A DNA stretch of 64,000 bases, taken from NCBI GenBank assembly GCA_963621995.1, contig CAVFFZ010000002.1, forward strand, positions 41,166-105,165, read 5' to 3'. Below, in pieces: positions 27,459 to 38,238 of the stretch. Under the pieces are notes generated by a model. It saw only the letters and a program-made list of their open reading frames with translations. It was not told the DNA's origin and made no database searches. A program made the position numbers and the translations under genes. The DNA comes from Lachnospiraceae bacterium (GTDB lineage Bacteria; Bacillota; Clostridia; TANB77; CAG-508). Within the stretch, counting starts at the first letter, position 1. Every line of letters begins with the position of its first letter.

Positions 27459-28988
27459 ATGAGAGAAAAAAATTCTATTTTAAATATTATTTCAAATTTA
27501 TTTGTAATAATATCACAAATTGTTTTAGCATTTATTGTTAGATTTGTTTTTGTAAAAGTACTTAACGAACAATATTTAGGAGTTCAAGGTCTATTTACAA
27601 ATATTATTTCTATGCTATCATTGGCAGAACTAGGAATTGGAACTGCAATAAGTTTTATTTTATACAAACCATTAGCAGAAAAAGATTACAATAAAGTAAG
27701 TATTATTGTAACTTTTTTAAGAAAAGTTTATATTGTAATAGGTATAGTAGTACTAATTAGCGGAATTATTATAACACCTTTTCTAAAATATATAGTAACA
27801 GGCTATACAATGGGAAATTTAAATATAATATTTGTTATATATTTTATTTCTCTTGCAGTAGAATATTTTCTTACATACCCAGAAACATTATTAAGTGCTG
27901 ATCAAAAACATTATAAAATTTCTTTTATACTTATTGGATACACATTAATGACTAATATCCTACAAATAATAGCATTATTAGTAACAAGAAATTTTGTAAT
28001 ATATATATTGGCAGATGTAATTATGAAATTAATAAAATTTATAGCAATAAATATATATGTTAAAAAATATTATTCAGAGATTAATTTTTATAATAAAGAA
28101 AAATTAAATAACGAAGAAAAAAAAGCATTTGCAAAAAATGTAAAGTCATTGTTTTTATATAAAATTGGAGATTACTTAATTAACGGAACAGATAATATTA
28201 TAATTTCAAAAGTTATAGATATTTCAACTGTAGGATTTTATTCTAATTATCTATCTACAATTACAATTTTTAGAAATGTAATGTATAATATTATAAATGG
28301 AGTAACTGCAAGTTTTGGAAATTTAATAATAAAAGAAAAAGAAGATGTACAAGAAAATGTATTTAATATAATGAATTTTATAACTTATATATTTTGTGGA
28401 TTTGTATTATGCAGTTTATTGTTCTTATTTAATGATTTTATAAAATTATTTTATGGAGAAAATTATATGTTAGGAGTACCAGAAGTAATAATAATATGCT
28501 TAAACTTTTATATAGCAGCAATGTTATTACCTTTAGAATCAGTAAAAAGTGCTGCAGGATTGTATTATGAAGATAGATATGTAACAATAATTCAAGCAGT
28601 AATAAATGTAATTATTTCTATAATATTGGGATATAAAATAGGATTAATAGGAATATTAATAGGTACACTATGTAGCTACATTTTAACAACTGCATGGGAA
28701 AGACCAATAATTATTTATAAAAAAATATTTAAAACTAGTTTTATAGAATATTTTAAAAAATATTTTGTTCAAGTTGTAATGATAGTATTTAATACTTTGA
28801 TTGACTATATAGTAATAAATAGTGTATTTACAAAGATTAGCATAATCAATTTTATATTAAAAGGAATAATAATATTTATTATATTTATGGTTACTAATAT
28901 TATTGTTTATAAAAATAGCAAAGAGTTTAAATATATATATGAAACTACTTTATCAAAATTAAAACTAATAAAGAACAAAAATAAATAA
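27459..28988 (+). CDS. MOP-superfamily (Wzx-like) flippase
   Basis: 509 aa with about 14 TM segments. N-terminal region typical of polysaccharide biosynthesis/flippase proteins. Confidence 0.75.
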   Translation: MREKNSILNIISNLFVIISQIVLAFIVRFVFVKVLNEQYLGVQGLFTNIISMLSLAELGIGTAISFILYKPLAEKDYNKVSIIVTFLRKVYIVIGIVVLISGIIITPFLKYIVTGYTMGNLNIIFVIYFISLAVEYFLTYPETLLSADQKHYKISFILIGYTLMTNILQIIALLVTRNFVIYILADVIMKLIKFIAINIYVKKYYSEINFYNKEKLNNEEKKAFAKNVKSLFLYKIGDYLINGTDNIIISKVIDISTVGFYSNYLSTITIFRNVMYNIINGVTASFGNLIIKEKEDVQENVFNIMNFITYIFCGFVLCSLLFLFNDFIKLFYGENYMLGVPEVIIICLNFYIAAMLLPLESVKSAAGLYYEDRYVTIIQAVINVIISIILGYKIGLIGILIGTLCSYILTTAWERPIIIYKKIFKTSFIEYFKKYFVQVVMIVFNTLIDYIVINSVFTKISIINFILKGIIIFIIFMVTNIIVYKNSKEFKYIYETTLSKLKLIKNKNK

Positions 28989-29008
28989 TAAAAGCATTGG
29001 AGAAAAAA

Positions 29009-30112
29009 ATGAAGCTTATTCAAATAAATACTGTTTGTAATGGTTCAACAGGAAAAATAATGGGAGATATCCAAAGAAAAGCACAAAGTGAAGGCTGGGA
29101 ATGTTTAGCAATATATGGAAGAAGGAAAGGATATAAAGATATACCATGTAAAAAATTCGGAAATCTATTTTCTTTTTGGTTTCATGTATTTTTGACTACA
29201 GTCTTTGATTTACAAGGACATGGCTCATATTTTGAAACCAAAAGAATAATAAAAGAAATAAAAAAACAAAAACCTGATGTGATTCACTTACATAATATTC
29301 ATGGCTATTATTTACATATTCCTACTTTATTTAAATACTTAAAAAATGAATATAAGGGAGAAATAAGATGGACACTTCACGATTGCTGGACATTTACTGG
29401 ACATTGTGCATATTTCACTTATGCAAATTGCAATAAATGGAAAACTAAATGTTATAAGTGTCCAAACAAAAAACAATATCCAATTAGTTTGTTTATAGAC
29501 AGGTCAGAAAAAAATTATTTAGAAAAGAAAGAACTATTTACTGGATTGAAAAATGTAACAATTATTACTCCATCTGATTGGCTAAATAAATTAGTAAAAC
29601 AATCCTTTTTAAAGGAATATAATGTTGTGACTGAAAATAACAAAATTAATACAGAAATTTTTAAACCAACACAAGATACAGAAATTTTAGAAAAGTATAA
29701 AATAGATAAGAGCAAAAAGATATTGTTAGGTGTTGCTAATATTTGGGAAAAAAGAAAAGGTTTATTTGATTTTTATAAACTAAGTAAGTTAATAGATAAT
29801 AATTATCAGATTGTTTTGGTTGGATTAAATAAAAAGCAAATTAAAAAATTACCTGAAAATATTATAGGAATAAGCAGAACAGATAACCAATATGAATTGG
29901 CAGTATTATATACTATGTCAGAATATTTAATTAATCCTACATATGAAGATAATTACCCTACAGTAAATCTTGAAGCTATTGCTTGTGGAACAAAGGTTAT
30001 ATGTTATGATACAGGTGGATGTAGAGAGCAAGTAAACAACGAAATAGGTTGTATTATACCTGTTGGAAATATTGAAAAAATAGTAGAAAAAATAAAAAAT
30101 GGGGAGAAATAA
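29009..30112 (+). CDS. Glycosyltransferase (GT-B, GT4-like)
   Basis: Start set at the ATG at 29009 (RBS ggag 7 nt upstream). C-terminal motif YEDNYPTVNLEAIACGTKVI. Confidence 0.75.
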   Translation: MKLIQINTVCNGSTGKIMGDIQRKAQSEGWECLAIYGRRKGYKDIPCKKFGNLFSFWFHVFLTTVFDLQGHGSYFETKRIIKEIKKQKPDVIHLHNIHGYYLHIPTLFKYLKNEYKGEIRWTLHDCWTFTGHCAYFTYANCNKWKTKCYKCPNKKQYPISLFIDRSEKNYLEKKELFTGLKNVTIITPSDWLNKLVKQSFLKEYNVVTENNKINTEIFKPTQDTEILEKYKIDKSKKILLGVANIWEKRKGLFDFYKLSKLIDNNYQIVLVGLNKKQIKKLPENIIGISRTDNQYELAVLYTMSEYLINPTYEDNYPTVNLEAIACGTKVICYDTGGCREQVNNEIGCIIPVGNIEKIVEKIKNGEK

Positions 30113-30114
30113 AT

Positions 30115-31218
30115 ATGAAAATATTATATTTTACTAATATTCCATCACCATATAGAGTTGAGTTTTTTAACTTATTATCTGCAAATAATGAAGTAACAGT
30201 TTTATTTGATAAAATAGGAGAAAAAAAGGAAAAAAGAAACAAATTATGGTATGAAAGTAATAAATATAAATTTAGAGCAATTAATATACCTAAGTTTGGA
30301 TTATTTAAATTAAATAAAGTCTTAAAAGAAAAGTATGATATAGTTATAATAGGAACGTATGCAACACTAAATGGAGCTTTTTTAAACATTTTATTACGTA
30401 TGAAAAAAATTAAATTTTTTATTAATGCAGATGGTGGTTTTGTACCTGAAAAAGAATCTTTTATGTCTAAGTTTTTAAAACACTATTTTCTATCAACAGC
30501 AGACTATTATCTAAGCACAGGAAAAGAAACAAATAAATATTTAACATACTATGGAGCAAAAAAAGAAAAAATATACATATATCCTTTTACATCACTACTT
30601 GAAAAAGATATATTGCAAGAGCCAATTACATATGAAGAAAAAATGAAAATTAGAAAAAATAGTAATTATAACTATGAAAGAATTTTTGTTAGTGTAGGAA
30701 GTTTTATTAAAAGAAAGGGATATGACTTATTCCTAGAATCAATAAAAAACGAAAAATTTGATAATACAGCTTTTTTAATAATTGGTGGAGGAGAAGAAAA
30801 GGAAAATTTACAGAATTATATAAACAATAACAATATAAAGAATGTATTTTTAATTGACTTTTGTTCAAAAGAAGAAATATTGAATTATTACAAAATGTCT
30901 GATGTTTTCTTTTTTCCATCAAGGGAAGATATATGGGGGCTTGTTATAAATGAAGCTATGTCATGTGGATTGCCTATAATTTCTTCTAATAATGTAATAG
31001 CCTCAAAAGAACTATTGGAAGAAGAATATTTATATAATTACAATGATACAAGCGCTTTAAGAAAATTGATACTAAAAATGAATGAGGAACAAAACGAAAA
31101 ATTGTATGAAACTGGAAATAAAAATATAGAAAAAATTAAAAATTATACTATTGAAAATACAGTAAAAATACATAACGAAATATTTGAAAAAGTAAAGAAA
31201 AAAGAAAAAAATAAGTAA
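30115..31218 (+). CDS. Glycosyltransferase family 4 (GT-B)
   Basis: E-x7-E region: SREDIWGLVINEAMSCGLPIISS. Confidence 0.8.
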   Translation: MKILYFTNIPSPYRVEFFNLLSANNEVTVLFDKIGEKKEKRNKLWYESNKYKFRAINIPKFGLFKLNKVLKEKYDIVIIGTYATLNGAFLNILLRMKKIKFFINADGGFVPEKESFMSKFLKHYFLSTADYYLSTGKETNKYLTYYGAKKEKIYIYPFTSLLEKDILQEPITYEEKMKIRKNSNYNYERIFVSVGSFIKRKGYDLFLESIKNEKFDNTAFLIIGGGEEKENLQNYINNNNIKNVFLIDFCSKEEILNYYKMSDVFFFPSREDIWGLVINEAMSCGLPIISSNNVIASKELLEEEYLYNYNDTSALRKLILKMNEEQNEKLYETGNKNIEKIKNYTIENTVKIHNEIFEKVKKKEKNK

Positions 31219-31234
31219 ATTAAGAGGTTTAATA

Positions 31235-31999
31235 ATGAAAATATCAATAATAACAGCAACATATAATTCAGAGAAAACTCTAAAAGATACCTTAGAGTCT
31301 GTCCTAAGTCAAACTTATCAAGACTACGAGCATATTATAATAGACGGAAAATCAAAAGATAATACAATGAAAATTGTAAAAGAATATGAAGAAAAATATA
31401 ATGGAAAATTAAAATATATATCTGAAAAAGATACTGGTTTATATGATGCAATGAATAAAGGCATAAAAATGGCAACTGGAGATGTAATTGGAATACTTAA
31501 TTCGGACGATAAATATGCAAATGAAAATGTATTACAAATAATTGCAAATAAATTTAAAAAAACAAATTGCGATGGAACATATGCTAACTTAATATTTATG
31601 GACGAAGAAACAATGACTAAACCTAAAAGAATTTGGAAATCTCCTTGTGGCAAATTAGAAGATGGTTGGCATCCTGCTCATCCAACATTATACTTAAAAA
31701 GAGAAGTATATGATAAAATTGGATTATTTAATCTAAAATATAGAATTGTAGCAGACTACGATTTTATGATAAGAATGCTAAAGGATAAAACTATAAAATT
31801 AGAATATATAGATGAGTATATTGTATATATGCGAGTTGGCGGAGCTAGTACAGCAGGATTAAAAGGTTATATTAAAAATCTAAAGGAAGCACATCAAGCT
31901 CTTAAAGAAAACAATATAAAACATCCAATAATAGTAGATACAAAAAGAATAATTAAGACTTTAAAAGAAATGAAAATAAAAGATAAAAATAGTTTATAG
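31235..31999 (+). CDS. Glycosyltransferase family 2
   Basis: ISIITATYNSEKTL...IIIDGKSKDNT...NSDD. Confidence 0.85.
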   Translation: MKISIITATYNSEKTLKDTLESVLSQTYQDYEHIIIDGKSKDNTMKIVKEYEEKYNGKLKYISEKDTGLYDAMNKGIKMATGDVIGILNSDDKYANENVLQIIANKFKKTNCDGTYANLIFMDEETMTKPKRIWKSPCGKLEDGWHPAHPTLYLKREVYDKIGLFNLKYRIVADYDFMIRMLKDKTIKLEYIDEYIVYMRVGGASTAGLKGYIKNLKEAHQALKENNIKHPIIVDTKRIIKTLKEMKIKDKNSL

Positions 32000-32089
32000 A
32001 ATGCTTATATAACACAAAAAGCTTGACATATAGGCAGATAAGGTATATCTTATAATATATAAAATTGCAGAAAGGAAGGAAAAATCTTT

Positions 32090-32947
32090 ATGAAAATTTT
32101 AATTACAGGAGCTAATGGAATGTTGGCCAAAGCGGTAAGAGAAAGATTTAAGGAGCATGAACTAATCTTAACAGATGTAGTTGGAACAGAGCTTTCTTTA
32201 GACATTACAAACCTTAAAGAAGTAGAAGAATTTGTACAACTAAAAAAGCCAGATATTATTATCAATTGTGCAGCTTATACTGCTGTTGATAAAGCAGAAA
32301 TGGAGGAAGAGTTGGCAAGAAAAATTAATGCCAATGGACCAAGAAATTTAGCAATTGCAGCAAGTAAAAACAATTGTAAGTTAGTTCACATTAGTACAGA
32401 CTATGTTTTTGGAGGAGACTTATATTTAGAAGGAACTTATAAAGAAAATGACCTAAAAGCACCAGTAACTGCATATGGAAGAACTAAATTAGCTGGAGAA
32501 GAAGCAATTGCAGAAAACATGAACAACTTTTATATTTTTAGAACAGCATGGCTTTATGGAGATGGTAAAAATTTCGTAAGAACAATGCTTAAGTTTGGAA
32601 AAGAAAAAGATGAAGTACAGGTTGTTTGTGACCAACATGGTAGCCCAACATATGCAGTAGATTTAGCAAATATTATCTATCAGGCATTAGAAAAAGAAAT
32701 TCCTTATGGTATTTACCATACAACTAATTTAGGATTTACAACATGGTATGAATTCACCAAAAAAATCTATGAATTAGCAGGAATTTCTTGCAAAGTAAAT
32801 CCTGTGACTTCAGAGCAATTTGTTTGTGTTGCTAAAAGACCAGCAAATTCAAAACTTTCAAAAGATAAAATTTTAAACACAGAAATTTCTATTCCTTCAT
32901 GGGAAAATGCCTTAGAAAGGTATTTAAAGGTAGAAAAAGAAATTTAA
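32090..32947 (+). CDS. rfbD: dTDP-4-dehydrorhamnose reductase
   Basis: ILITGANGMLA Rossmann motif, STDYVFGG, YGRTK. 285 aa. Confidence 0.9.
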   Translation: MKILITGANGMLAKAVRERFKEHELILTDVVGTELSLDITNLKEVEEFVQLKKPDIIINCAAYTAVDKAEMEEELARKINANGPRNLAIAASKNNCKLVHISTDYVFGGDLYLEGTYKENDLKAPVTAYGRTKLAGEEAIAENMNNFYIFRTAWLYGDGKNFVRTMLKFGKEKDEVQVVCDQHGSPTYAVDLANIIYQALEKEIPYGIYHTTNLGFTTWYEFTKKIYELAGISCKVNPVTSEQFVCVAKRPANSKLSKDKILNTEISIPSWENALERYLKVEKEI

Positions 32948-32973
32948 TTAAATAATTCTATCTGACCAACGAA

Positions 32974-33014
32974 AAATAGTGTGATTATTAATTTACTAAT
33001 TACACTATTTTTTT
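32974..33014 (+). terminator. Rho-independent terminator
   Basis: Stem atagtgtgatta / taattacactat followed by T7. Confidence 0.6.
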
Positions 33015-33016
33015 AG

Positions 33017-33184
33017 TGAGATAGGAAATTCCATAGAATATAAAAAGCTTTGCTAAACATTGCACACAAATTTTATTACATAAAACTTGGAGGCGAACAA
33101 AGACGAAGCATAAAAAATTTTCTAAAATGTCTAAAAATATTAATCATTCTTCTTTTATTCTATTCTATAAAATAGCAAAAGTTA
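33017..33184 (+). repeat. Family B repeat, copy B2 (degenerate 3' hairpin)
   Basis: Aligns with B1: ccatagaatataaaaagctttgctaaacattgcacacaaattttattacataaaacttggaggcgaacaaagacgaagcat... Confidence 0.85.
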
Positions 33185-33267
33185 CATAAATTTAATCAGA
33201 TATGTTGAAAAAAGCTATAAACAATGATATTATAAGAACGACAAAATAATGTAAAGGAATGATAAAA

Positions 33268-34155
33268 ATGAAAAAAAGAAAAGGAATCATATTAGCAGGG
33301 GGAAGTGCAACAAGGCTATATCCATTAACACTTGCAATATCAAAACAAATTATGCCAGTGTATGATAAGCCAATGATTTATTATCCACTTGCTATACTTA
33401 TGGAAGCAGGAATAAAAGATGTATTAATAATATCTACACCAAGGGATATTGTTACATTTGAAGCATTACTTGGCGATGGTTCAAAATGGGGAATGCGTTT
33501 TGAGTATAAAATTCAAGAAAAACCAAGAGGACTTGCAGAAGCATTTTTGATAGGAGAGGAATTTATAGGAAAAGACGATGTAGCAATGATACTAGGAGAT
33601 AATATGTTCTATGGTGAGCGTTTATCTAAAATATTAAAGAGAGCCAATAGCAGAGAAGAAGCAACTATATTTGGATATTTAGTAAAAGACCCTACAGCAT
33701 ATGGTGTTGTAGAAATAGATGAAGAAGGTAGAGCAATATCAATAGAAGAAAAGCCTAGCATTCCAAAATCAAATTATGCTGTACCAGGGTTATATTTTTA
33801 CCCTAATAATGTAGTTGAAATTGCAAAAAATGTAAAACCATCTGCAAGAGGTGAATTAGAAATAACATCTATTAACGAAGAATATATGAAACAAGGTAAG
33901 CTAAATGTAGAAAAACTAGGTAGAGGAACCACATGGTTTGATACAGGAACACATGATGCACTTTTAGAAACAGCAAGTTTTGTACAAACAATAGAAAAAA
34001 GACAAGGACTTCAAGTGTGTTCTCCAGATGAAATTGCATATTTAAATAAATGGATTTCAAAAGAGCAATTATTAGAGTTAGCAAAACCACTTGAAAAAAC
34101 AGAATATGGAAAATACTTAAAAGACTTAGCAGAAAATAAATTTATGGATAAATAA
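33268..34155 (+). CDS. rfbA: Glucose-1-phosphate thymidylyltransferase
   Basis: [16 protein letters not shown]. Start set at the second ATG, which is 9 nt after aaagga. Confidence 0.95.
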   Translation: MKKRKGIILAGGSATRLYPLTLAISKQIMPVYDKPMIYYPLAILMEAGIKDVLIISTPRDIVTFEALLGDGSKWGMRFEYKIQEKPRGLAEAFLIGEEFIGKDDVAMILGDNMFYGERLSKILKRANSREEATIFGYLVKDPTAYGVVEIDEEGRAISIEEKPSIPKSNYAVPGLYFYPNNVVEIAKNVKPSARGELEITSINEEYMKQGKLNVEKLGRGTTWFDTGTHDALLETASFVQTIEKRQGLQVCSPDEIAYLNKWISKEQLLELAKPLEKTEYGKYLKDLAENKFMDK

Positions 34156-34173
34156 TTTAAAAGGAGAAAACAA

Positions 34174-36054
34174 ATGATAATATTAAAATATATATTTTTA
34201 TATTTTATTATATTATTAGGAAGTATATTTATTGCAGATAAATTAAAAGATAAAGTTCAAAACACTATAATAGCAGAGCTTATGTTTTCTATGCTGGGGC
34301 TATATATATTTGGAATATTAAATATTTTAAACATAGGAATATATTTAGTTGCATTAATTAATTTAGTATTAGGAATAATTACTATAATAAAGTACATAAA
34401 AAATAAGAATATAAAGCAATTGGAACAAATAATATGCACTCCAGGAATGCTATTTTTTACTGCAATATATTTTATATTTACAATAGTAACTCTAAATAGA
34501 ACAGCTATACATTGGGACCAATATTCATATTGGAGTTATGCAGCAAAAGATATGTATTATTCTGGAAAACTTAATATACAAAGTAATATAGGCTTTCAAT
34601 ATCCACCTGTACCTACAATTTTACAAGTGTATTTTATGAAAATAATAGGAACATATTCTCAAGGAATAGAAATATTTGCAACGTGGATTTTAAGTTTTTC
34701 ACTATTAATACCATTTTTTAATAAAACAAACAATAAAAAAATATGTAATATTGCAATAAGCATAATAATATTATGTATTCCAGCAATATTTAGTTTATTA
34801 ATTTTTTATGAAAGTACATATCCAGACGTATTATTAGGTTTATTTATAGGCTATATATCAACGATGTATTTTTTAGAAAAAAATGAAAAAGTAAAAAAAA
34901 TTATTATACCGCTTTCATTTTTTACAATAACTTTAACAAAACCAACAGGATTTGTTATTGCAGGAATAATAGCTGTAACTTTCTTATTATATGAAATTAT
35001 AAAAAATAAAATTAATATAACAAAAATTATAAAAGTAAAAAAGATACAAAAAATACTTGTGTGTATATTAATTGTAATATCAACGTATATGTCGTTTTAT
35101 ACTTATATAAATATTGCTACCAATTCAAATAATGAAATTGAAGTAGATAAAAACAATGAAAACATAGTAGAATATATAACAAATAGTATAATAACAACAA
35201 TTTTTGGAATATCACAAAATGACTATAGTGCAGCACAATCAAACGGAAATTTACTATATAAATTGCAAAAAACAACGGAAATAACTACCCCGACATATAT
35301 TAGTGCACTTGGAGTTATATGTATATATATAATTATATCGTTGTTTATATATAAATATAGTAAAGATGATAGAAACATACCAAAAAAAGATGTAAAAAAT
35401 ATGTATATATCTATATTTATTGGATTAATATTGTATATATTATTTTTACAAGTAGCATATATTACAAAATTTTCTTCAGAAGAAATGATTAATCATGATG
35501 GTTTTGAAAGATATATAGGAACATATTTGGTAGGAATATTATATTTTACAATATATGTAATATTAGAGAAATTTGAAGATAAGAAATTAAAAAACAATTT
35601 TCCATATATTATTGTAACAGTGATTATATTTGCAATAACACCAATATATCAAATAGCAAATGCTACAGTAACATCTGGAATATATAATATAAGTAATGAA
35701 AGCTATTTAAGTAAATCGTATGAAAATGCAGAATTTATAAATCAACATGTTAATAATAACGACAAAATATTAGGAGTTTGCCAAAAAACAGATGTAGAAA
35801 GATTAGAAAATTTAATAATTAGATATTATGTATATCCAATAAATTATAAAGCAATGGACAAAATAGACCAAAGCGAAGGTTCAATGGAGGACATAATTAA
35901 AAATTATAATTATATTTATATTGTATATTCAGATAGTTATTTGGAATATACAACAAAACAGTATTTAGATGAAGGAGAAACAATTAAAGAAAATACATTA
36001 TACAAAGTAAATACTGAAAATCAAACAATAAAATTAGAAAAAATAAATGAGTAA
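34174..36054 (+). CDS. Large polytopic membrane protein (candidate GT-C-type transferase) between rmlA and rmlB
   Basis: 626 aa with many TM segments and a C-terminal soluble domain of about 130 aa. Confidence 0.5.
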   Translation: MIILKYIFLYFIILLGSIFIADKLKDKVQNTIIAELMFSMLGLYIFGILNILNIGIYLVALINLVLGIITIIKYIKNKNIKQLEQIICTPGMLFFTAIYFIFTIVTLNRTAIHWDQYSYWSYAAKDMYYSGKLNIQSNIGFQYPPVPTILQVYFMKIIGTYSQGIEIFATWILSFSLLIPFFNKTNNKKICNIAISIIILCIPAIFSLLIFYESTYPDVLLGLFIGYISTMYFLEKNEKVKKIIIPLSFFTITLTKPTGFVIAGIIAVTFLLYEIIKNKINITKIIKVKKIQKILVCILIVISTYMSFYTYINIATNSNNEIEVDKNNENIVEYITNSIITTIFGISQNDYSAAQSNGNLLYKLQKTTEITTPTYISALGVICIYIIISLFIYKYSKDDRNIPKKDVKNMYISIFIGLILYILFLQVAYITKFSSEEMINHDGFERYIGTYLVGILYFTIYVILEKFEDKKLKNNFPYIIVTVIIFAITPIYQIANATVTSGIYNISNESYLSKSYENAEFINQHVNNNDKILGVCQKTDVERLENLIIRYYVYPINYKAMDKIDQSEGSMEDIIKNYNYIYIVYSDSYLEYTTKQYLDEGETIKENTLYKVNTENQTIKLEKINE

Positions 36055-36067
36055 AGGAGAATTTAAA

Positions 36068-37033
36068 ATGAAAAATATATTAGTAACAGGAGCTGCAGGT
36101 TTTATAGGAGCGAATTTTGCAGAGTATTTTGTAAATAAATACCCAGAATATCATATTGTAGTAGTAGATAAATTAACATATGCAGGAAATATGGAAAATT
36201 TAAAAAATGTAATAGACAAAATAGATTTTGAACAAGCAGATATATGTGACTTTGAAAGAATGACAGAAATATTTGAAAAATATGATATAAATGGTGTAAT
36301 TCATTTTGCAGCAGAAAGTCATGTAGACAACAGTATAAAAACACCATTTATATTTACACAAACTAATGTATTAGGAACACATACATTATTAGAAGTTGCA
36401 AAAAGAAAATGGGGAGAAGGTTCACCAAATAAATTTATGCATATTTCAACAGATGAAGTATATGGAGCATTAGGAGACGAAGGATATTTTACAGAAACAT
36501 CACCAATAAAACCAAGTAGTCCATATTCAGCATCTAAAGCAAGTTCAGATTTATTAGTAAAAGCATATCACGAAACATTCAAAATGAATGTAAATATTAC
36601 AAATTGTTCAAACAATTACGGACCATATCAACATAATGAAAAATTAATACCACATATGATTAAATTAGCATTAAACAATGAACCACTACCAGTGTATGGA
36701 ACAGGTAAAAACATTAGAGATTGGTTATATGTAGAAGACCATTGTGAAGCAATAGATTTAGTATTCCATAAAGGAAGAAATGGCGAAAGATACAATATTG
36801 GTGGACACAACGAAAAACAAAATATAGAAATTGTTAAATTAATATTAAAACAATTGGGAAAACCAGAAACTCTAATTACATATGTAGAAGACAGAAAAGG
36901 GCATGACTGGCGTTATGCAATAGATCCTACAAAAATAAGTACAGAACTTGGATGGCTTCCAAAAACAAAATTTGAAGATGGAATAGTAAAAACTATAGAC
37001 TGGTATGTAAAACATCCAGAATACTTAAAATAA
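36068..37033 (+). CDS. rfbB: dTDP-glucose 4,6-dehydratase
   Basis: ILVTGAAGFIG, YSASKASSD. Start at MKNILVTG with RBS aaaggag. Confidence 0.95.
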   Translation: MKNILVTGAAGFIGANFAEYFVNKYPEYHIVVVDKLTYAGNMENLKNVIDKIDFEQADICDFERMTEIFEKYDINGVIHFAAESHVDNSIKTPFIFTQTNVLGTHTLLEVAKRKWGEGSPNKFMHISTDEVYGALGDEGYFTETSPIKPSSPYSASKASSDLLVKAYHETFKMNVNITNCSNNYGPYQHNEKLIPHMIKLALNNEPLPVYGTGKNIRDWLYVEDHCEAIDLVFHKGRNGERYNIGGHNEKQNIEIVKLILKQLGKPETLITYVEDRKGHDWRYAIDPTKISTELGWLPKTKFEDGIVKTIDWYVKHPEYLK

Positions 37034-37042
37034 ATATGTTTT

Positions 37043-37078
37043 AAAAAGGCAAAATATAAATAAAATTTTGCTTTTTTT
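37043..37078 (+). terminator. Rho-independent terminator
   Basis: Stem aaggcaaaat / attttgcttt followed by a T-run. Confidence 0.6.
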
Positions 37079-37205
37079 GTTGCATAAAATGGCAAAAAAA
37101 TATATAATAATGCTAGTTTAAAAAAATAAATTTATAGTATGTCTAACATGAAAACTTAATCTTTTCAAAATAGATTTATACCGTAATGGAGGAATGAAAT
37201 AAAAA

Positions 37206-38150
37206 ATGAAGAAAATTAGTATAATTATACCAGCATACAACGAAGAAGAATCACTACCAATGCTATACGAAAGATTAAAAAAATTAATGGATGAAATTAA
37301 AAATTATGAATTTGAAGTTTTATTTGTAAATGACGGAAGCAAAGATAAAACAATACAAATAATAAAAGAATTAAGAGAAAAAGATAACAGAATATGCTAT
37401 GTAGATTTTTCTAGAAATTTTGGAAAAGAAATCGCTATGATAGCAGGACTAGACTATGCAGATGGAGACTGTGTTATATTTATGGATGCAGACCTTCAAG
37501 ATCCACCAGAACTAATTCCAGAATTAATTAAATACTGGGAAGAAGGCTATGATGACGTATATGCAAGAAGAAGTAGCAGAAAAGGCGAAACATGGCTTAA
37601 AAAATTTACTTCAAAAATGTACTATAGAGTACTTCAAAGTCTAACAAAAGTCCCTATTCAAAAAGACACAGGAGACTTTAGACTATTAGATAGAAGATGC
37701 GTAAATGCATTAAGAAAATTAAGAGAATCACAAAGATGTTCAAAAAGTATGTTTAGCTGGATAGGCTACAACAAAAAAGAAGTTATGTACGACAGAGATC
37801 CACGTATTGCAGGTACTACAAAGTGGAATTATAAAAAACTAATAGACTTAGCAATAGATGGAATAACATCATTTACAACATCACCACTTAGAATTTCAAC
37901 ATATTTAAGTATACCAACATTTATGGTATTATTTATATATGTTATTTATGTAATAGTAAAATGTATAGTTACATCAACATTTGTACAAGCATACCAAGCA
38001 ATAATATTACTTATATTATTCTTCTCAGGAATACAAATTTTATTGTTTGGCATTATAGGAGAATATTTAGGAAGAATATTTAATGAAACTAAAAATAGAC
38101 CTTTGTATTTTGTAAATGAGTATAATGGAATAAAAGAAACTAATGAATAA
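37206..38150 (+). CDS. Membrane-bound GT2 polyprenyl-phosphate glycosyltransferase (GtrB/CsbB-like)
   Basis: ISIIIPAYNEEESL...VNDGSKDKT...DADLQDPPE, plus two C-terminal TM helices. Confidence 0.85.
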   Translation: MKKISIIIPAYNEEESLPMLYERLKKLMDEIKNYEFEVLFVNDGSKDKTIQIIKELREKDNRICYVDFSRNFGKEIAMIAGLDYADGDCVIFMDADLQDPPELIPELIKYWEEGYDDVYARRSSRKGETWLKKFTSKMYYRVLQSLTKVPIQKDTGDFRLLDRRCVNALRKLRESQRCSKSMFSWIGYNKKEVMYDRDPRIAGTTKWNYKKLIDLAIDGITSFTTSPLRISTYLSIPTFMVLFIYVIYVIVKCIVTSTFVQAYQAIILLILFFSGIQILLFGIIGEYLGRIFNETKNRPLYFVNEYNGIKETNE

Positions 38151-38238
38151 AATACCGTATACTACTTGTTTTAATTTGTTAAAAAATGGTAGAATAAATT
38201 AACTTTACTTGGGTACGAGAAAGGAAATTAATTTAAAA

